Virus record (IMG/VR): IMGVR_UViG_3300045988_134250
Origin: a virus
Lineage: Duplodnaviria > Heunggongvirae > Uroviricota > Caudoviricetes
Length of the DNA: 64,000 bases
Reading direction: 5' to 3' (one strand)
In this document: positions 48,301 to 56,333 of the stretch, piece after piece
Numbering within the stretch: the first letter of the stretch is position 1
Layout: every line of letters starts with the position of its first letter
Translations under genes and position numbers: made by a program
The notes under the pieces: model-generated
What the model was told of the DNA's origin: nothing
The model's database searches: none
What the model saw: only the letters and a program-made list of their open reading frames with translations

Positions 48301-49174
48301 CCGTATCGGGGATCATCTCCAGGAAGGCTTCCGGGTGTTTACGCAATACCCATACGTCCACCACGGTATCTGTACCTGATTCACTGAACGTACCGGAAGG
48401 CATACGATGCGCGCCCAAAAATTCCGCTTTACGGCTGACTTTATCGCGCAATTTTTTGTATTTCGTACCATCAGTCATGCCATTCGGCACCACCAATACG
48501 ATAAGCCCACCAGGTTTAACCTTGTCGATCGTGCGCAGCACAAAGTAATTGCCAACGTTCTTCTCGTTTGCATATGCCGGATCAAGCCCTGCAACGCCGG
48601 AACGGCCTTCGCCAAACGGTACGTTACCAACAGCGTGGTCATACATTGCGTCTTTCGCCGCCAGAGCCTCAAACGCCCCAATGTTCACATCGTCTTCCGG
48701 GTGCAACAGCTGGTTGATTCGACCGGAGATCGGAGACAGCTCGGCGCTGGTCATTATCATTCCCTGCCGTTTTGTCTCCTGGAAAATACCCGTGCCAGCT
48801 GATGGTTCCAGTACGTGACCGCCATCAATACCGTAGTCAGCAAACAGCTCCCATATACCTTCAGCCATAAACTGTGGCGTGTAGTATTCGTATTGGCTGC
48901 CCTCACCATCTGTCAGGCCGCCTTCACCGGTATACCCAGCAAGAATCTGACGTTGTTCGTCAGTTAATTTCGCCCCATCGAAGCCGGGCGGAAGGGAATT
49001 AAGAAGATTTACTGCGGCATTGTTTGCTGCCCGGCGTGTTTTCTGAATACTGACGCCATCGGCTTTCCTGACGCCAAAGGTCGCAACAGCACGTAATTTA
49101 TGCAACCGACTAACAATTTCAATCAGTTCGCCTAAGCTGGAGGCTTCACTGATTGAATGAAGTAGTTTGTCCAA
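42338..49174 (-). CDS. darB: Giant DarB-like antirestriction protein: N6-adenine methyltransferase domain fused to SF2 helicase domain
   Basis: 2278 aa; MTase motifs EPSAGTGIF and GNVPFG; helicase motifs GFGTGLGKTTTA and IADEGHNYRN; size and architecture match P1 DarB. Confidence 0.7.
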   Translation of the reverse strand: MDKLLHSISEASSLGELIEIVSRLHKLRAVATFGVRKADGVSIQKTRRAANNAAVNLLNSLPPGFDGAKLTDEQRQILAGYTGEGGLTDGEGSQYEYYTPQFMAEGIWELFADYGIDGGHVLEPSAGTGIFQETKRQGMIMTSAELSPISGRINQLLHPEDDVNIGAFEALAAKDAMYDHAVGNVPFGEGRSGVAGLDPAYANEKNVGNYFVLRTIDKVKPGGLIVLVVPNGMTDGTKYKKLRDKVSRKAEFLGAHRMPSGTFSESGTDTVVDVWVLRKHPEAFLEMIPDTDDSTLKSANVLWVTFLKGKWFTTEGKRFVYGDMERTSFRNTLVVKKDGRVSNESMKTALSRRFDSRINWDLLGVTTQAWQGAKVGDKRLVGGIWHEFDGLKWVQDTTTKSSALDVSRYGVSTFGDLQIAFQSTNGILALSWDQISAIASDYPSVVSDEVAAMIRFAGKQREKDRERVMRGALIGQLINKALDLRNLGVNVDDKLADASRLAAAEVAKYGPPHAIKLNGLAEAGAKNWMTFTGNVKQDGSTSDLLAGRLDVTDGAAGIDFTRPEQVIAHLFSDVALNPITLGDFREAFAGELPEDDDAVLEYLAKFDDIAIDGYGCLLPMDRATSGDVATKTALLVGWRDASTGEQKANFERQLAKIEEKRIFTPLNKVTVNLNARWLDRRLIKEFLAEQGYDEFKYTEPDLKVVDGILVSPDDYEGKDGVFTGYQLRTVNGKNGNEFKKANNKDGFLNQLENYLNGVKPRGQNANEYLDKIAQLEVSFNDWLRTHPQADQIARDYNDAFNGFIPFTHSDAPLGLEGISGKRIPLTYQNEEVRRLSEDGRGIMGFGTGLGKTTTALALEAYNFETGRTKRTCIVVPKAVYQNWYHEAQSFYSADAFANMMFIGLDEVRDDSGNILTAPVLDENGEPRLDSNGQPLTRNVVKESSSAVIVQRMNMIPSSNWRTVIMTKEQFASIPLREKTIEENSQQAVFNAVEMGRLDLASGKHRDAQKKNKIKDQAANTGTTKKQNIPYFEDMNFDSVIADEGHNYRNSFNAGREAGQLAYLPNPAVSKMARDMAVKAAYMMKRNNGRGVVMLTATPLVNSPIDAFNMLSTVIPQEEWMRMGIITPDDFVRVFGKTATVQVQKISGEVEEKQGLVGFQNLDGLRGIFHRWTTLKTAADVGATVKIPDIIENTLQIPMTGEQETAYEELRKRAQELSRNDELTVDENGHITNDKPDDFIFSIIRDMDKVAIDPDLYASAITFQFPVELADQVKAIADALPKVAGGKVADDVDEAEEDGAGGLVSTRTSKVVKTAFSEHPTHVEIRASIELEAEILKAIAAAGIDMQQVSHPIPPKYAALIENLREGLKNGKQIVFIDEKAQHQKLRRIIASALQMPEQEIGIINATTVSQAGGIKLKKVNKPTEPTPNKNGEYKEGAWETYYSKLAQYEDYLSAKNDAGLEGMEGIAADYNEGRTRIIICNKKAEVGINLHIGTTDIHHLTLPWTPASIDQRNGRGARVGSPQEKVNVHYYCGKGTFDDFRLDTLKRKKDWIKMVMTSDMSEIANGDADDADERAIMLAANPEERRAIMARQAQEREERLKLKAQREANNALDIYLKAANAAGKDIGMMETELKSAMEQIEYYQRNLDDLIKAGTNRNGQKYALEQLSSYRKRARVLRFAITRAKDADTIMKRSRGDVERAIKSGVLDISIDVIQNPQEYMRTDKNILLHKGSYYRAVIDDRETTAIVRVEKIDGEKAQYLCRIAWLDRASRYARAPGSIVTLPFDSVIEAVTFEEGVAESRATAARGVQCHQLSTILTRDQFYDAIRNGVMNVIAGKPGNAWGGGSAIKYWAYRTDDGQIALSSAYDGVIGQKIGRASDIAPERWIYPDGNDEALKREVAKIQASDNPLNIVDGEGFLQALYGYDYTQGMQAWGAQATMDDVAHEFENWMAGRGLSGRSLNKVTSEDILSLFRKPSGEGLESFWRTVLAYRLFQGRMKAFSNIDDIERMFNQVKIAKIKAKIEKTRSALVAWRDALFEQYKSLSDADGWAALEQLANNGVDGAKLAIVQADNPLESPAAQWIKVGAVINAFDEKHISKDDFADAVSVNRLVEMATRRARELKDGDYVNELPDTLKSATWQDYVSLKNGGATESEIAERLEQAESKREEQAAVAEARADEAANDDYIIVVNDKPIRAKARVRGRWWSVSEDVGAVYLIADQPGSSTIRNAKDAIKKIGGRFWNFEANPVADVNFDRPAWMVSTRYSVDELRKIIADAA

Positions 49175-49325
49175 AGGATTTCCCCCTCTAAACCGTAAAA
49201 AATTCCGCTATGCGGTACGGTTGAGAGGGTATGGAGAATGTTATTTTCAGGGGGACGATACTACCGTCAAAATCACATACTCCCCATAGTTTGCCTACTT
49301 ATTAACCCATGACCGGGAGAAAAAT

Positions 49326-49811
49326 ATGGCAAACATTGAACCTCGCTGGCTAATTGAAGCCCGTAAGCACATTGGCTTGACTGAAATAAAAGGCGCTAAA
49401 CACAACCCTGAAATCGTTCAGTTCTGGCGCGACATCAAGCGCGGCGGAATTAAAGACGATGAAACGCCGTGGTGCGCAGCATTTGTCGGTGCAATGCTGG
49501 AACGTGTAGGCATTCGCTCAACAAGATTTGAGTCGGCAAAATCCTATCTGGATTGGGGCGAGAAATTAGATACACCGGCATACGGATGTATCGTTGTATT
49601 TACCCGCGTAGGCGGTGGGCACGTAGGCTTCGTTGTCGGACGCCGCGCCAATGGCGATCTGCTTGTCCTGGGTGGGAACCAGGGGGATGCGGTTAATATT
49701 CGCGCATTCCCAACATCAAGAGTGTCTGGCTATCGCTGGCCTGCTGGCGAACCACGCAATACCGCCCTGTTACCAGTCGGAGACGCAGCAACCTCAACTA
49801 ATGAGGCATGA
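49326..49811 (+). CDS. Putative Cys/His peptidase-like protein (CHAP / TIGR02594-like)
   Basis: 161 aa; PWCAAFV and GGGHVGFVV candidate catalytic Cys/His; family assignment from memory. Confidence 0.4.
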   Translation: MANIEPRWLIEARKHIGLTEIKGAKHNPEIVQFWRDIKRGGIKDDETPWCAAFVGAMLERVGIRSTRFESAKSYLDWGEKLDTPAYGCIVVFTRVGGGHVGFVVGRRANGDLLVLGGNQGDAVNIRAFPTSRVSGYRWPAGEPRNTALLPVGDAATSTNEA

Positions 49812-49835
49812 AAAAAGCCCCGGCCAGGCCGGGGC
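49811..49835 (-). terminator. Rho-independent terminator downstream of the second Rha module
   Basis: gccccgg-ccagg-ccggggc with A-run on the plus strand (U-run on the minus-strand RNA). Confidence 0.55.
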
Positions 49836-49843
49836 ATCACGCT

Positions 49844-50044
49844 TCAAGTCACGATCCAATCATTACCGACTATATCAGCCGTCGATAAATCAACTTCCCG
49901 GATCTGGAGTCCATTAATACAAAACCATCCGGTAGTAGAGTAATTATCAGGCCAGGCCCATACACCAACACTCCATGCTTTACGGCGGCACACTTCAGCC
50001 TGTCCTTCCCTGATTTTTTTTACCGCCTGCATGATGTCCATCAC
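49844..50044 (-). CDS. Stand-alone W-rich small domain protein (DUF2829-like), coupled to Rha
   Basis: 66 aa; AVKKIREGQAEVCRRKAWSVGVWAWP ... ADIVGNDWIVT; homologous to the C-terminal domain fused to Rha at 10096-11037. Confidence 0.5.
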   Translation of the reverse strand: MMDIMQAVKKIREGQAEVCRRKAWSVGVWAWPDNYSTTGWFCINGLQIREVDLSTADIVGNDWIVT

Positions 50045-50748
50045 TCACCTCCCCAACCGATCACCTGGAATTGCCCCATTTTGGGGTGATACCAGCGTTT
50101 TCCTCGGTGTTCAGCCTCCGACATCATCCGGTTAAAAGCATTCATGAAGGGAGATAAGGCCACGATGGAACGACGCGACAATACCCCCTCTGGAGTCAAA
50201 AACTCATGTGTATCGGTGGGAATCCGGTAAGCGTTGACAAGGTTTCGGCATTTGGCTTCAGTCAGGCCGCATTTCGCCGCCAACTGGCGGTAGCCAATGT
50301 AGCCTTCCGGAATATTGCCTTTCTTTATTTGCTCGACGGTTTCAGCGACCTGGCTAACCTTTGACTCAACAGCATGAATCAGCTTTTGCTGCTGAACTGC
50401 ATTCGCAGCCATTGCAGCGATCATCTCTATTTCGGTCAACGGCTGGCGTACTTGTTCTTCCAGTTCGCGCCAGCGGTCCACCAGCCGGGCGGTGAATTCG
50501 GGAGAGAGCTGCGCGACGACAATGATGCTGTCTCGTTTGCCTTGCTCGCCTTCGAAGACGTAAGCCTCAACGCCACGACGCAATCCTAAGTTATTGATTT
50601 TTTCGAAAACAGCCATTGGCGGTTTTCGGATAATGCTTCGAGCAACCATACGCTCAATACTACGTTTAACGTCAGAGTGTTGGCTTCCCACCAGCTCCGC
50701 AATCTCAATGCTGGTCATTGATAGTTTTTCGAGAATGCAGATACCCAT
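50041..50748 (-). CDS. Rha-family phage regulatory protein (second copy, without fused C-terminal domain)
   Basis: 235 aa; MTSIEIAELVGSQHSDVKRSIERMVAR; paralog of 10096-11037. Confidence 0.75.
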   Translation of the reverse strand: MGICILEKLSMTSIEIAELVGSQHSDVKRSIERMVARSIIRKPPMAVFEKINNLGLRRGVEAYVFEGEQGKRDSIIVVAQLSPEFTARLVDRWRELEEQVRQPLTEIEMIAAMAANAVQQQKLIHAVESKVSQVAETVEQIKKGNIPEGYIGYRQLAAKCGLTEAKCRNLVNAYRIPTDTHEFLTPEGVLSRRSIVALSPFMNAFNRMMSEAEHRGKRWYHPKMGQFQVIGWGGE

Positions 50749-50972
50749 CAGTGAGCCTCCGCAATGCCGGGATTGGTAATATTGCGATACCAGGGATTAG
50801 TGTTTGGTTGTGGGGAAGTAGAGAAACGACCAGTAAGAACACCATGCTGATCAGGGATCAGAGAACGGGCTTCTTTTTCGGTTGCGGCAATTGCGAAGTG
50901 ATCGCAGCGTTTTTGCAGGGAGTGGAAACGCCAGATGAATTCTGGACGTGAGCAAGGATTGGCATTAACCAT
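50748..50972 (-). CDS. Small protein preceding Rha (paralog of 11037-11252)
   Basis: 74 aa; PEFIWRFHSLQK / AATEKEARS. Confidence 0.5.
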   Translation of the reverse strand: MVNANPCSRPEFIWRFHSLQKRCDHFAIAATEKEARSLIPDQHGVLTGRFSTSPQPNTNPWYRNITNPGIAEAH

Positions 50973-51385
50973 AGTTACGGCCTCACTAACAGGTTTAACA
51001 ACCTGCCACCCGCTGTCAAACAGGTGGCAGGACGTGACAGGGTTGACAGACTGGCGTTAGTGAAACCAGCAGGCCGAAGCCTCCCCATCACGCCCCACCA
51101 TAATTCGGGCGTAACGCGGTTTACGGACACAAAAATACCGCAATATCGGAAATCTGCGGTTGTCCGCACTAACATTCAGGCTGTCAAACCCGGTCGCAGA
51201 ATTTGCTACGACGGCATGAATATAAGCCTGAAAACATGGAAGATCAACTAAAAATTTCAGCAATGGATGACTTCAGTCGATGATGCAGATCATACATTCC
51301 GTTTTAGAAACAGCAAATTAATTTTCTAACATAAATAATCGGCCGAGCATTTTCCGATCATTGGGATGTTTTGTAGACACACAGG

Positions 51386-52348
51386 TCATCCCCTAAATCC
51401 CGCAGGGATTGACCAATCCTCACGGTCAAATTCAGACCGATAGCCACGCTGTTTCATCAGGTCAAAGGCTTCACCAATGGTTGCACACCCCTGGGAGCCA
51501 GAATAATCCATTGAGAAATCTAGGGCACTGGATTGTTTAGGCTTATTCACTGCGGTAGCGGCACTACGTATCCATGCAAATTTTTTTGCCAGATTTTCAG
51601 CGGTACGATACAGAGCCTGCCGTTTTGCGTGCCCCTCGTCTGAACGACGCTTTGCAGCTCTCGCTTTTGCCGCCGCCAGGCAGTGGTTGGTATGTTCTTC
51701 CCTGATTACTGGTTTTTTATCCAGTACCCCGTTATCCGTTTGAGAACTATCTGCAGGTGAAGCCTTTGGCTGAACCGCGCATGATCTTTCTCTTCTTTTG
51801 GCTATAGAGTGACTCTTATTTTCTATTGGCTGTTCATTTTGAACATGGGGGGACTTGTTCAATTTGAACAGGGGGTTCCCAGTTTCAAAAAAATAACGAA
51901 CCTTTGAAATCAACTGCTTAACCAGTTTTGTGGCGTTGGCAAATTTGATGCCCTGCTTACCCCCTATCTCCATTGCTACATGAATGAAGTGGAGAAATTG
52001 TGTCGTAAACCGATATACGTTACACACCTGGGCATTGTTATTCGCTACCTGATGTTGCTTAACAAGCATTCCGCACTTCGTCGCTTCAGCAAATGCCCGG
52101 CGCACAGTAGAAATACTGCGTCCTGTAATCTCGGACATATCAGCATATGAGCGACGGATCATGTATTCATCGGTAGACCCTGCCAGGTTGGCGAACTCGG
52201 CAATAATGGCGCTATGTGAAGGGGAAAGAAGACCGCTATGACGAGCAAAAAAACTCAACTGATGACCTTTGATTTTTTTGTGGTATTCAGTGTTGTTTTT
52301 ATACTCAGAAGTGTTGAAAGTTACTGAAACTGAATTTAAAATACTCAC
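51386..52348 (-). CDS. HTH-containing protein with basic C-terminal half; candidate replication or regulatory protein
   Basis: 320 aa; YADMSEITGRSISTVRRAFAEATKCGMLVK; TGTTAGAAA site in its upstream region. Confidence 0.4.
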   Translation of the reverse strand: MSILNSVSVTFNTSEYKNNTEYHKKIKGHQLSFFARHSGLLSPSHSAIIAEFANLAGSTDEYMIRRSYADMSEITGRSISTVRRAFAEATKCGMLVKQHQVANNNAQVCNVYRFTTQFLHFIHVAMEIGGKQGIKFANATKLVKQLISKVRYFFETGNPLFKLNKSPHVQNEQPIENKSHSIAKRRERSCAVQPKASPADSSQTDNGVLDKKPVIREEHTNHCLAAAKARAAKRRSDEGHAKRQALYRTAENLAKKFAWIRSAATAVNKPKQSSALDFSMDYSGSQGCATIGEAFDLMKQRGYRSEFDREDWSIPAGFRG

Positions 52349-52409
52349 CAGATAGTTCCGTGAAAAAATCTATCTACCGTATAAATCTATGGCAGTGGAT
52401 TTATACACC

Positions 52410-52446
52410 CAAAAAGCCGCTGAGAAGCGGCTTTTGCTTTTTTGGC
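52410..52446 (-). terminator. Bidirectional Rho-independent terminator after the protease-like gene
   Basis: aaaagccgc-tgagaa-gcggctttt flanked by A/T runs on both sides. Confidence 0.55.
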
Positions 52447-52548
52447 AGTCGCTACCGGAGCAGTGACCGCGATCCTACTCGATCCCATCCACCAGGATCA
52501 ACAGTGTATATAAATACACTATGTTAGAAATTTAACTTAACAAGGCGA

Positions 52549-53547
52549 TTACCCCCTTCTGGAAACGAAGAGTAACGGGGTAGTGTTTTTGTTCTCCTTC
52601 GGTGATAACTCTGGTTCTTTCTTGCCTGATACCGGTAAGCCATAAGTAGCATTTGCCCCAAGAGATTCAAGCATCGCAGCCACTATGCGGGCATCATCTT
52701 CAGACTGCATACGGCAGAGCGCCCGGCGCTGTTCTGCGCTGATAAAAACAGGCATTTCCTGGATAGCTTCACGCAAAATCCGGCGGTATTGCTTTGCATT
52801 TTCCCCCTGGCTTTCCATCATCGCTGTTTGAGCGCGCAGCTTATCTCGAAGCTGTATGTTTTCCACTTCAAGGAGCATCAATTCTGATTCCAGGGCTTCA
52901 CGATGTGCAGATTCGAGCATGGCTTGCTGATTTTTCATTGCTGAAAAGTGGTGAACCAGATCCGTAGCAGCGTTATCGGTAAAACCTTGTTCGATAAGTG
53001 CTGCATGAATAGCCGCATCGCGCTCTTCTGCTGATTCAAGCATCAGGCTTTTCTTGTCGAGGCTGATATAGTTAGGCACAGTTACGTAATCAAAGCCGTG
53101 GAAAGACTTTACCAGGGATACCGATGAATCTGGACCAGATGTAGCCCACGACCAACCACCAGCACCAGAATTAATCATGCCCTGAACAATACGCCCGGTG
53201 TCTGTATCCAGTATTTCCTGCGTATGAGTAACAATGCCGTTGTCGTCAATCGAAATGTCGATAGTCCTGTTTGACGGCACGTTCTCCAATACAACAGGCT
53301 TCCCATCTACCATCACAACAGAGACTTCCGGCAAGTTCAGGCTTTTCGTTTTGTTATAGTGCATCGCCCGGCGACCATGACCGTAATAACCATACATCTC
53401 ACCCAGCGCGATACGCTCTTTTGTTTCTGGCGAGTTGAATGTGTCTCGTACCGACTGAATGACGTAATTTCGGTTGTTCTGCGGTGTGTGTTTGCGGATT
53501 TTCTCTACCAGGGAGAAGCGATCCGTAACAGTATTCAGTGATTGCAT
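52549..53547 (-). CDS. Putative head-maturation protein (protease/scaffold candidate, by position after the portal-like gene)
   Basis: 332 aa, 14 nt after the 560 aa gene; coiled-coil C-terminal half; function inferred from gene order only. Confidence 0.35.
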   Translation of the reverse strand: MQSLNTVTDRFSLVEKIRKHTPQNNRNYVIQSVRDTFNSPETKERIALGEMYGYYGHGRRAMHYNKTKSLNLPEVSVVMVDGKPVVLENVPSNRTIDISIDDNGIVTHTQEILDTDTGRIVQGMINSGAGGWSWATSGPDSSVSLVKSFHGFDYVTVPNYISLDKKSLMLESAEERDAAIHAALIEQGFTDNAATDLVHHFSAMKNQQAMLESAHREALESELMLLEVENIQLRDKLRAQTAMMESQGENAKQYRRILREAIQEMPVFISAEQRRALCRMQSEDDARIVAAMLESLGANATYGLPVSGKKEPELSPKENKNTTPLLFVSRRG

Positions 53548-53560
53548 TATTTCCCTCCGG

Positions 53561-55243
53561 TTAATTGCTCATCACAAATTTTGCAAAGTTTATTAACTGT
53601 TCTGGCGTCCAGTTTTCCGGATCGTCACCGGACGACAACGGCGCGGATTCGTACATACCATGCTCGTTGTTTTGCTCTGATTCATTCGCCTTAAACTCTT
53701 TGATCATGGTGTTGAGAGTGTCATCGTCGATGTGCAACTGCTCAGTGAACAGATAACGCATAAACGCGTCGCTACCAGCCAGTTTCGGGTTGTTCTGGAT
53801 CTGGTCCATAATTTGGGAGATGACAGCAACAAAGTTGGCGCGTGCATCCAGTTCTCGGTTTTCCTCTTCCTGGATAGCTGTGTTCATTGAGTTGAATTGC
53901 ACGTCATAAGGGCGGTTTGTTTCGGTGTAAACCTTGCCGTATTTATAAGCGAGGTGAATGTCCAGAAGCCGATAAATAGTTCGCTGGGCGGCCTGTCTGA
54001 TCCAGTTCGCACGCAATGCAGCCTGGATAGCAGTTTGCTGCCAGCCGCCTTCTCCAAGCCCTCCGCTCATCTGATCAGCCCAGCCAAGCATTGTTGCGTC
54101 AATGCCGAGGCTTGCAGCAAGCTGCCGGAGGTGAAACATAACGTCTTCGATACCACTGATATCTGCGGGTATGGATTGCGTATCAATGGTGATGCCGTTC
54201 TTCCCGTCTCCCATAACAGGTATCAGATGGTTAAGCACAGTCGGAATAGCGTTGGCATTAATCGACCTTTGCGCCACCAGGTCACTATGACGCTTCAATG
54301 CCTGGCTGACGCCACGCGTATAGTTCGCCGCATTAACCGGGTCCAGTGTGTTCGTCGTAAGAGCAATCAGGCGGTCAATTTTGGCTGCATTATTTCGCGT
54401 TGATTTCAGCGCGGCGAGCGAAGCACATAAATTAAGGTAAGGTTCATAGCTGTATTCCAGGAATGAAGTTCCGTAATTCTGCGTCTCCATTAACGGCTTA
54501 TCAGCCTGATCACTTAACAGTGAGTACCCTTTTGTGCCGTAGCTAACCGGAATAACTTTATGCTGTGGCGTCCAATAGGGATTTTTCATGGAAACCAGAT
54601 TCCACGGTTCGGTTATTACTCTGCGCAAACTATGCGTATCCAGAATGTAATCACCACTGAAACCTACCAGCTGGCTACCACGATAAAACTCCTGGACGAA
54701 GTGTGGCAGAGTGTAATAACTGGACTCAATGCCTGTTATCCCCCTGCCCTGTTCAGCATAAGGTCGGACATAAGACACCCCAAAGATCGCCATAATCATG
54801 GCCCATGAAGGAAGTCCGTCATTAATCATCGTCCCCAAATCAGCGGTTAACTCTTCACATCTACTTACTGCCTCGGCATCGGAACCATCCTTTGGCGAAA
54901 GGATGAATGCTTGTCCGGTTTTTTTTGAAGGCGCAAGCGCATGTGCAATGTGAATATTTAAAGCCGTCGAGATAGTCGGGCTTTTAGCCATCGTTTCCAG
55001 GATGTTGTACTTTTGCAGGCGGTCGCCGGGCAGTTCTGCCGAAATTGATACTGTATCTGCCGCGCTTGTCATGCCATCGCTATTGCCACCCAGTATCCCC
55101 GGACGTAAAGCGGACAGACCAGAACGCGCAACGACACTATGACCGCTCGTAAAAACGACCGGATCGGCAGGCGTGACATCGCCACTGTTGAAGGCTTTCT
55201 TCAATGCCGACAGAAAGCCTTTGTTTTTGTCTTTCGTTGCCAT
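53561..55243 (-). CDS. Putative portal protein (P1 prt-like, by size and position)
   Basis: 560 aa in the morphogenesis block upstream of a protease-like gene; no motif verified. Confidence 0.4.
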   Translation of the reverse strand: MATKDKNKGFLSALKKAFNSGDVTPADPVVFTSGHSVVARSGLSALRPGILGGNSDGMTSAADTVSISAELPGDRLQKYNILETMAKSPTISTALNIHIAHALAPSKKTGQAFILSPKDGSDAEAVSRCEELTADLGTMINDGLPSWAMIMAIFGVSYVRPYAEQGRGITGIESSYYTLPHFVQEFYRGSQLVGFSGDYILDTHSLRRVITEPWNLVSMKNPYWTPQHKVIPVSYGTKGYSLLSDQADKPLMETQNYGTSFLEYSYEPYLNLCASLAALKSTRNNAAKIDRLIALTTNTLDPVNAANYTRGVSQALKRHSDLVAQRSINANAIPTVLNHLIPVMGDGKNGITIDTQSIPADISGIEDVMFHLRQLAASLGIDATMLGWADQMSGGLGEGGWQQTAIQAALRANWIRQAAQRTIYRLLDIHLAYKYGKVYTETNRPYDVQFNSMNTAIQEEENRELDARANFVAVISQIMDQIQNNPKLAGSDAFMRYLFTEQLHIDDDTLNTMIKEFKANESEQNNEHGMYESAPLSSGDDPENWTPEQLINFAKFVMSN

Positions 55244-55426
55244 GAGTCACCGCGAAATGTTTTCAGTTTGCGGCAGCATAATCAGTATGTGATTTTTGAT
55301 GATGGATCTTTTCAACTAGAAATATTGGCTGGCCCCTCTCGTAACAAAGTGAAGAATAAAACTTGAATATGCACATTGTGCGCATTAAGATTGAAAAAGT
55401 TGACCACTTTGCTGCGGAGAAATCCC

Positions 55427-55729
55427 ATGAAAAGCTCTTTAATTAATTCCAAATTACACCAACTTGCTATCAAAAATCGAGTTCCTGCATGGTCGGTTTA
55501 CATGCATATCAGCCGCGCATGTCTGAGCAATGAAAACATTTACAATCTGCAAATTCTAAGCCGGGAAGGCAGGACTTTGTTTAGCGTTGCAGAGGATTCC
55601 TATAAGGCCTGGGATATGCTGGATGACGCGTTAAGCCAATACGCGCAAACAGAAGAATGCCAAAAAGAATGGGCCAGGTACTGTGATGAAGGGATGCCAT
55701 GCTGCGGTCTATTCGGCGCAGCTCTGTGA
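55427..55729 (+). CDS. Hypothetical Cys-containing small protein
   Basis: Start at ATG 55427 (MKSSLINSKLHQ...) with GGAGA upstream. Confidence 0.35.
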   Translation: MKSSLINSKLHQLAIKNRVPAWSVYMHISRACLSNENIYNLQILSREGRTLFSVAEDSYKAWDMLDDALSQYAQTEECQKEWARYCDEGMPCCGLFGAAL

Positions 55730-55741
55730 ATCGATTCAACG

Positions 55742-56005
55742 ATGATATACTTCGTTGCGAATCACAGCATTGGCAAAGGGCATATTGTGAAACAACTCCC
55801 ACCAAACACCCCGGAAACTATAATTGAAATCCGCCAGCGAATGGGGCTAACGCAAACGGAGTTAGCCCACAAAATGGGGTATCAACTCCGGGCTTGGCAA
55901 TTCAAAGAAGATAGAAATAAACCGAGACGCCTTATGGCTGGTGAATTTGAGTACCTGTTATTGCTTGCTGGAGAGCATCCTGAATTTATTCTTACACCAC
56001 GCTAA
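55742..56005 (+). CDS. XRE-type HTH protein (position of hxr in P1)
   Basis: 87 aa; IIEIRQRMGLTQTELAHKMGYQ. Confidence 0.5.
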   Translation: MIYFVANHSIGKGHIVKQLPPNTPETIIEIRQRMGLTQTELAHKMGYQLRAWQFKEDRNKPRRLMAGEFEYLLLLAGEHPEFILTPR

Positions 56006-56039
56006 AAAAACCCGCCTGACGGCGGGATTATCAATCATA

Positions 56040-56333
56040 TCAATTCACATCAATGTCTTGATATGATTCGCCAGTATCGTCTTCGTCGTCAGGATCTCCT
56101 TCCACCTCTGGCCACTCAACCTCCCAGCCAACAGTTTCCAGGCTCCGCAGAACAAACACCCCATCGGCATGAATGGTATTCACGATCCCCATTGCGGAAT
56201 TTGTGTTGATAAAGCGTAAATCTTGCGCAATATTTTCTTCCGAAATATCGCCTTCAAATATACGCAATGTGCCGTCATCAGAGCATTCAACAATCCCTCT
56301 AATCCCAGCGGGACTCACAATGCTATACTTCAT
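56040..56333 (-). CDS. Hypothetical acidic small protein
   Basis: 97 aa; overlaps the stop of the large upstream gene. Confidence 0.4.
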   Translation of the reverse strand: MKYSIVSPAGIRGIVECSDDGTLRIFEGDISEENIAQDLRFINTNSAMGIVNTIHADGVFVLRSLETVGWEVEWPEVEGDPDDEDDTGESYQDIDVN

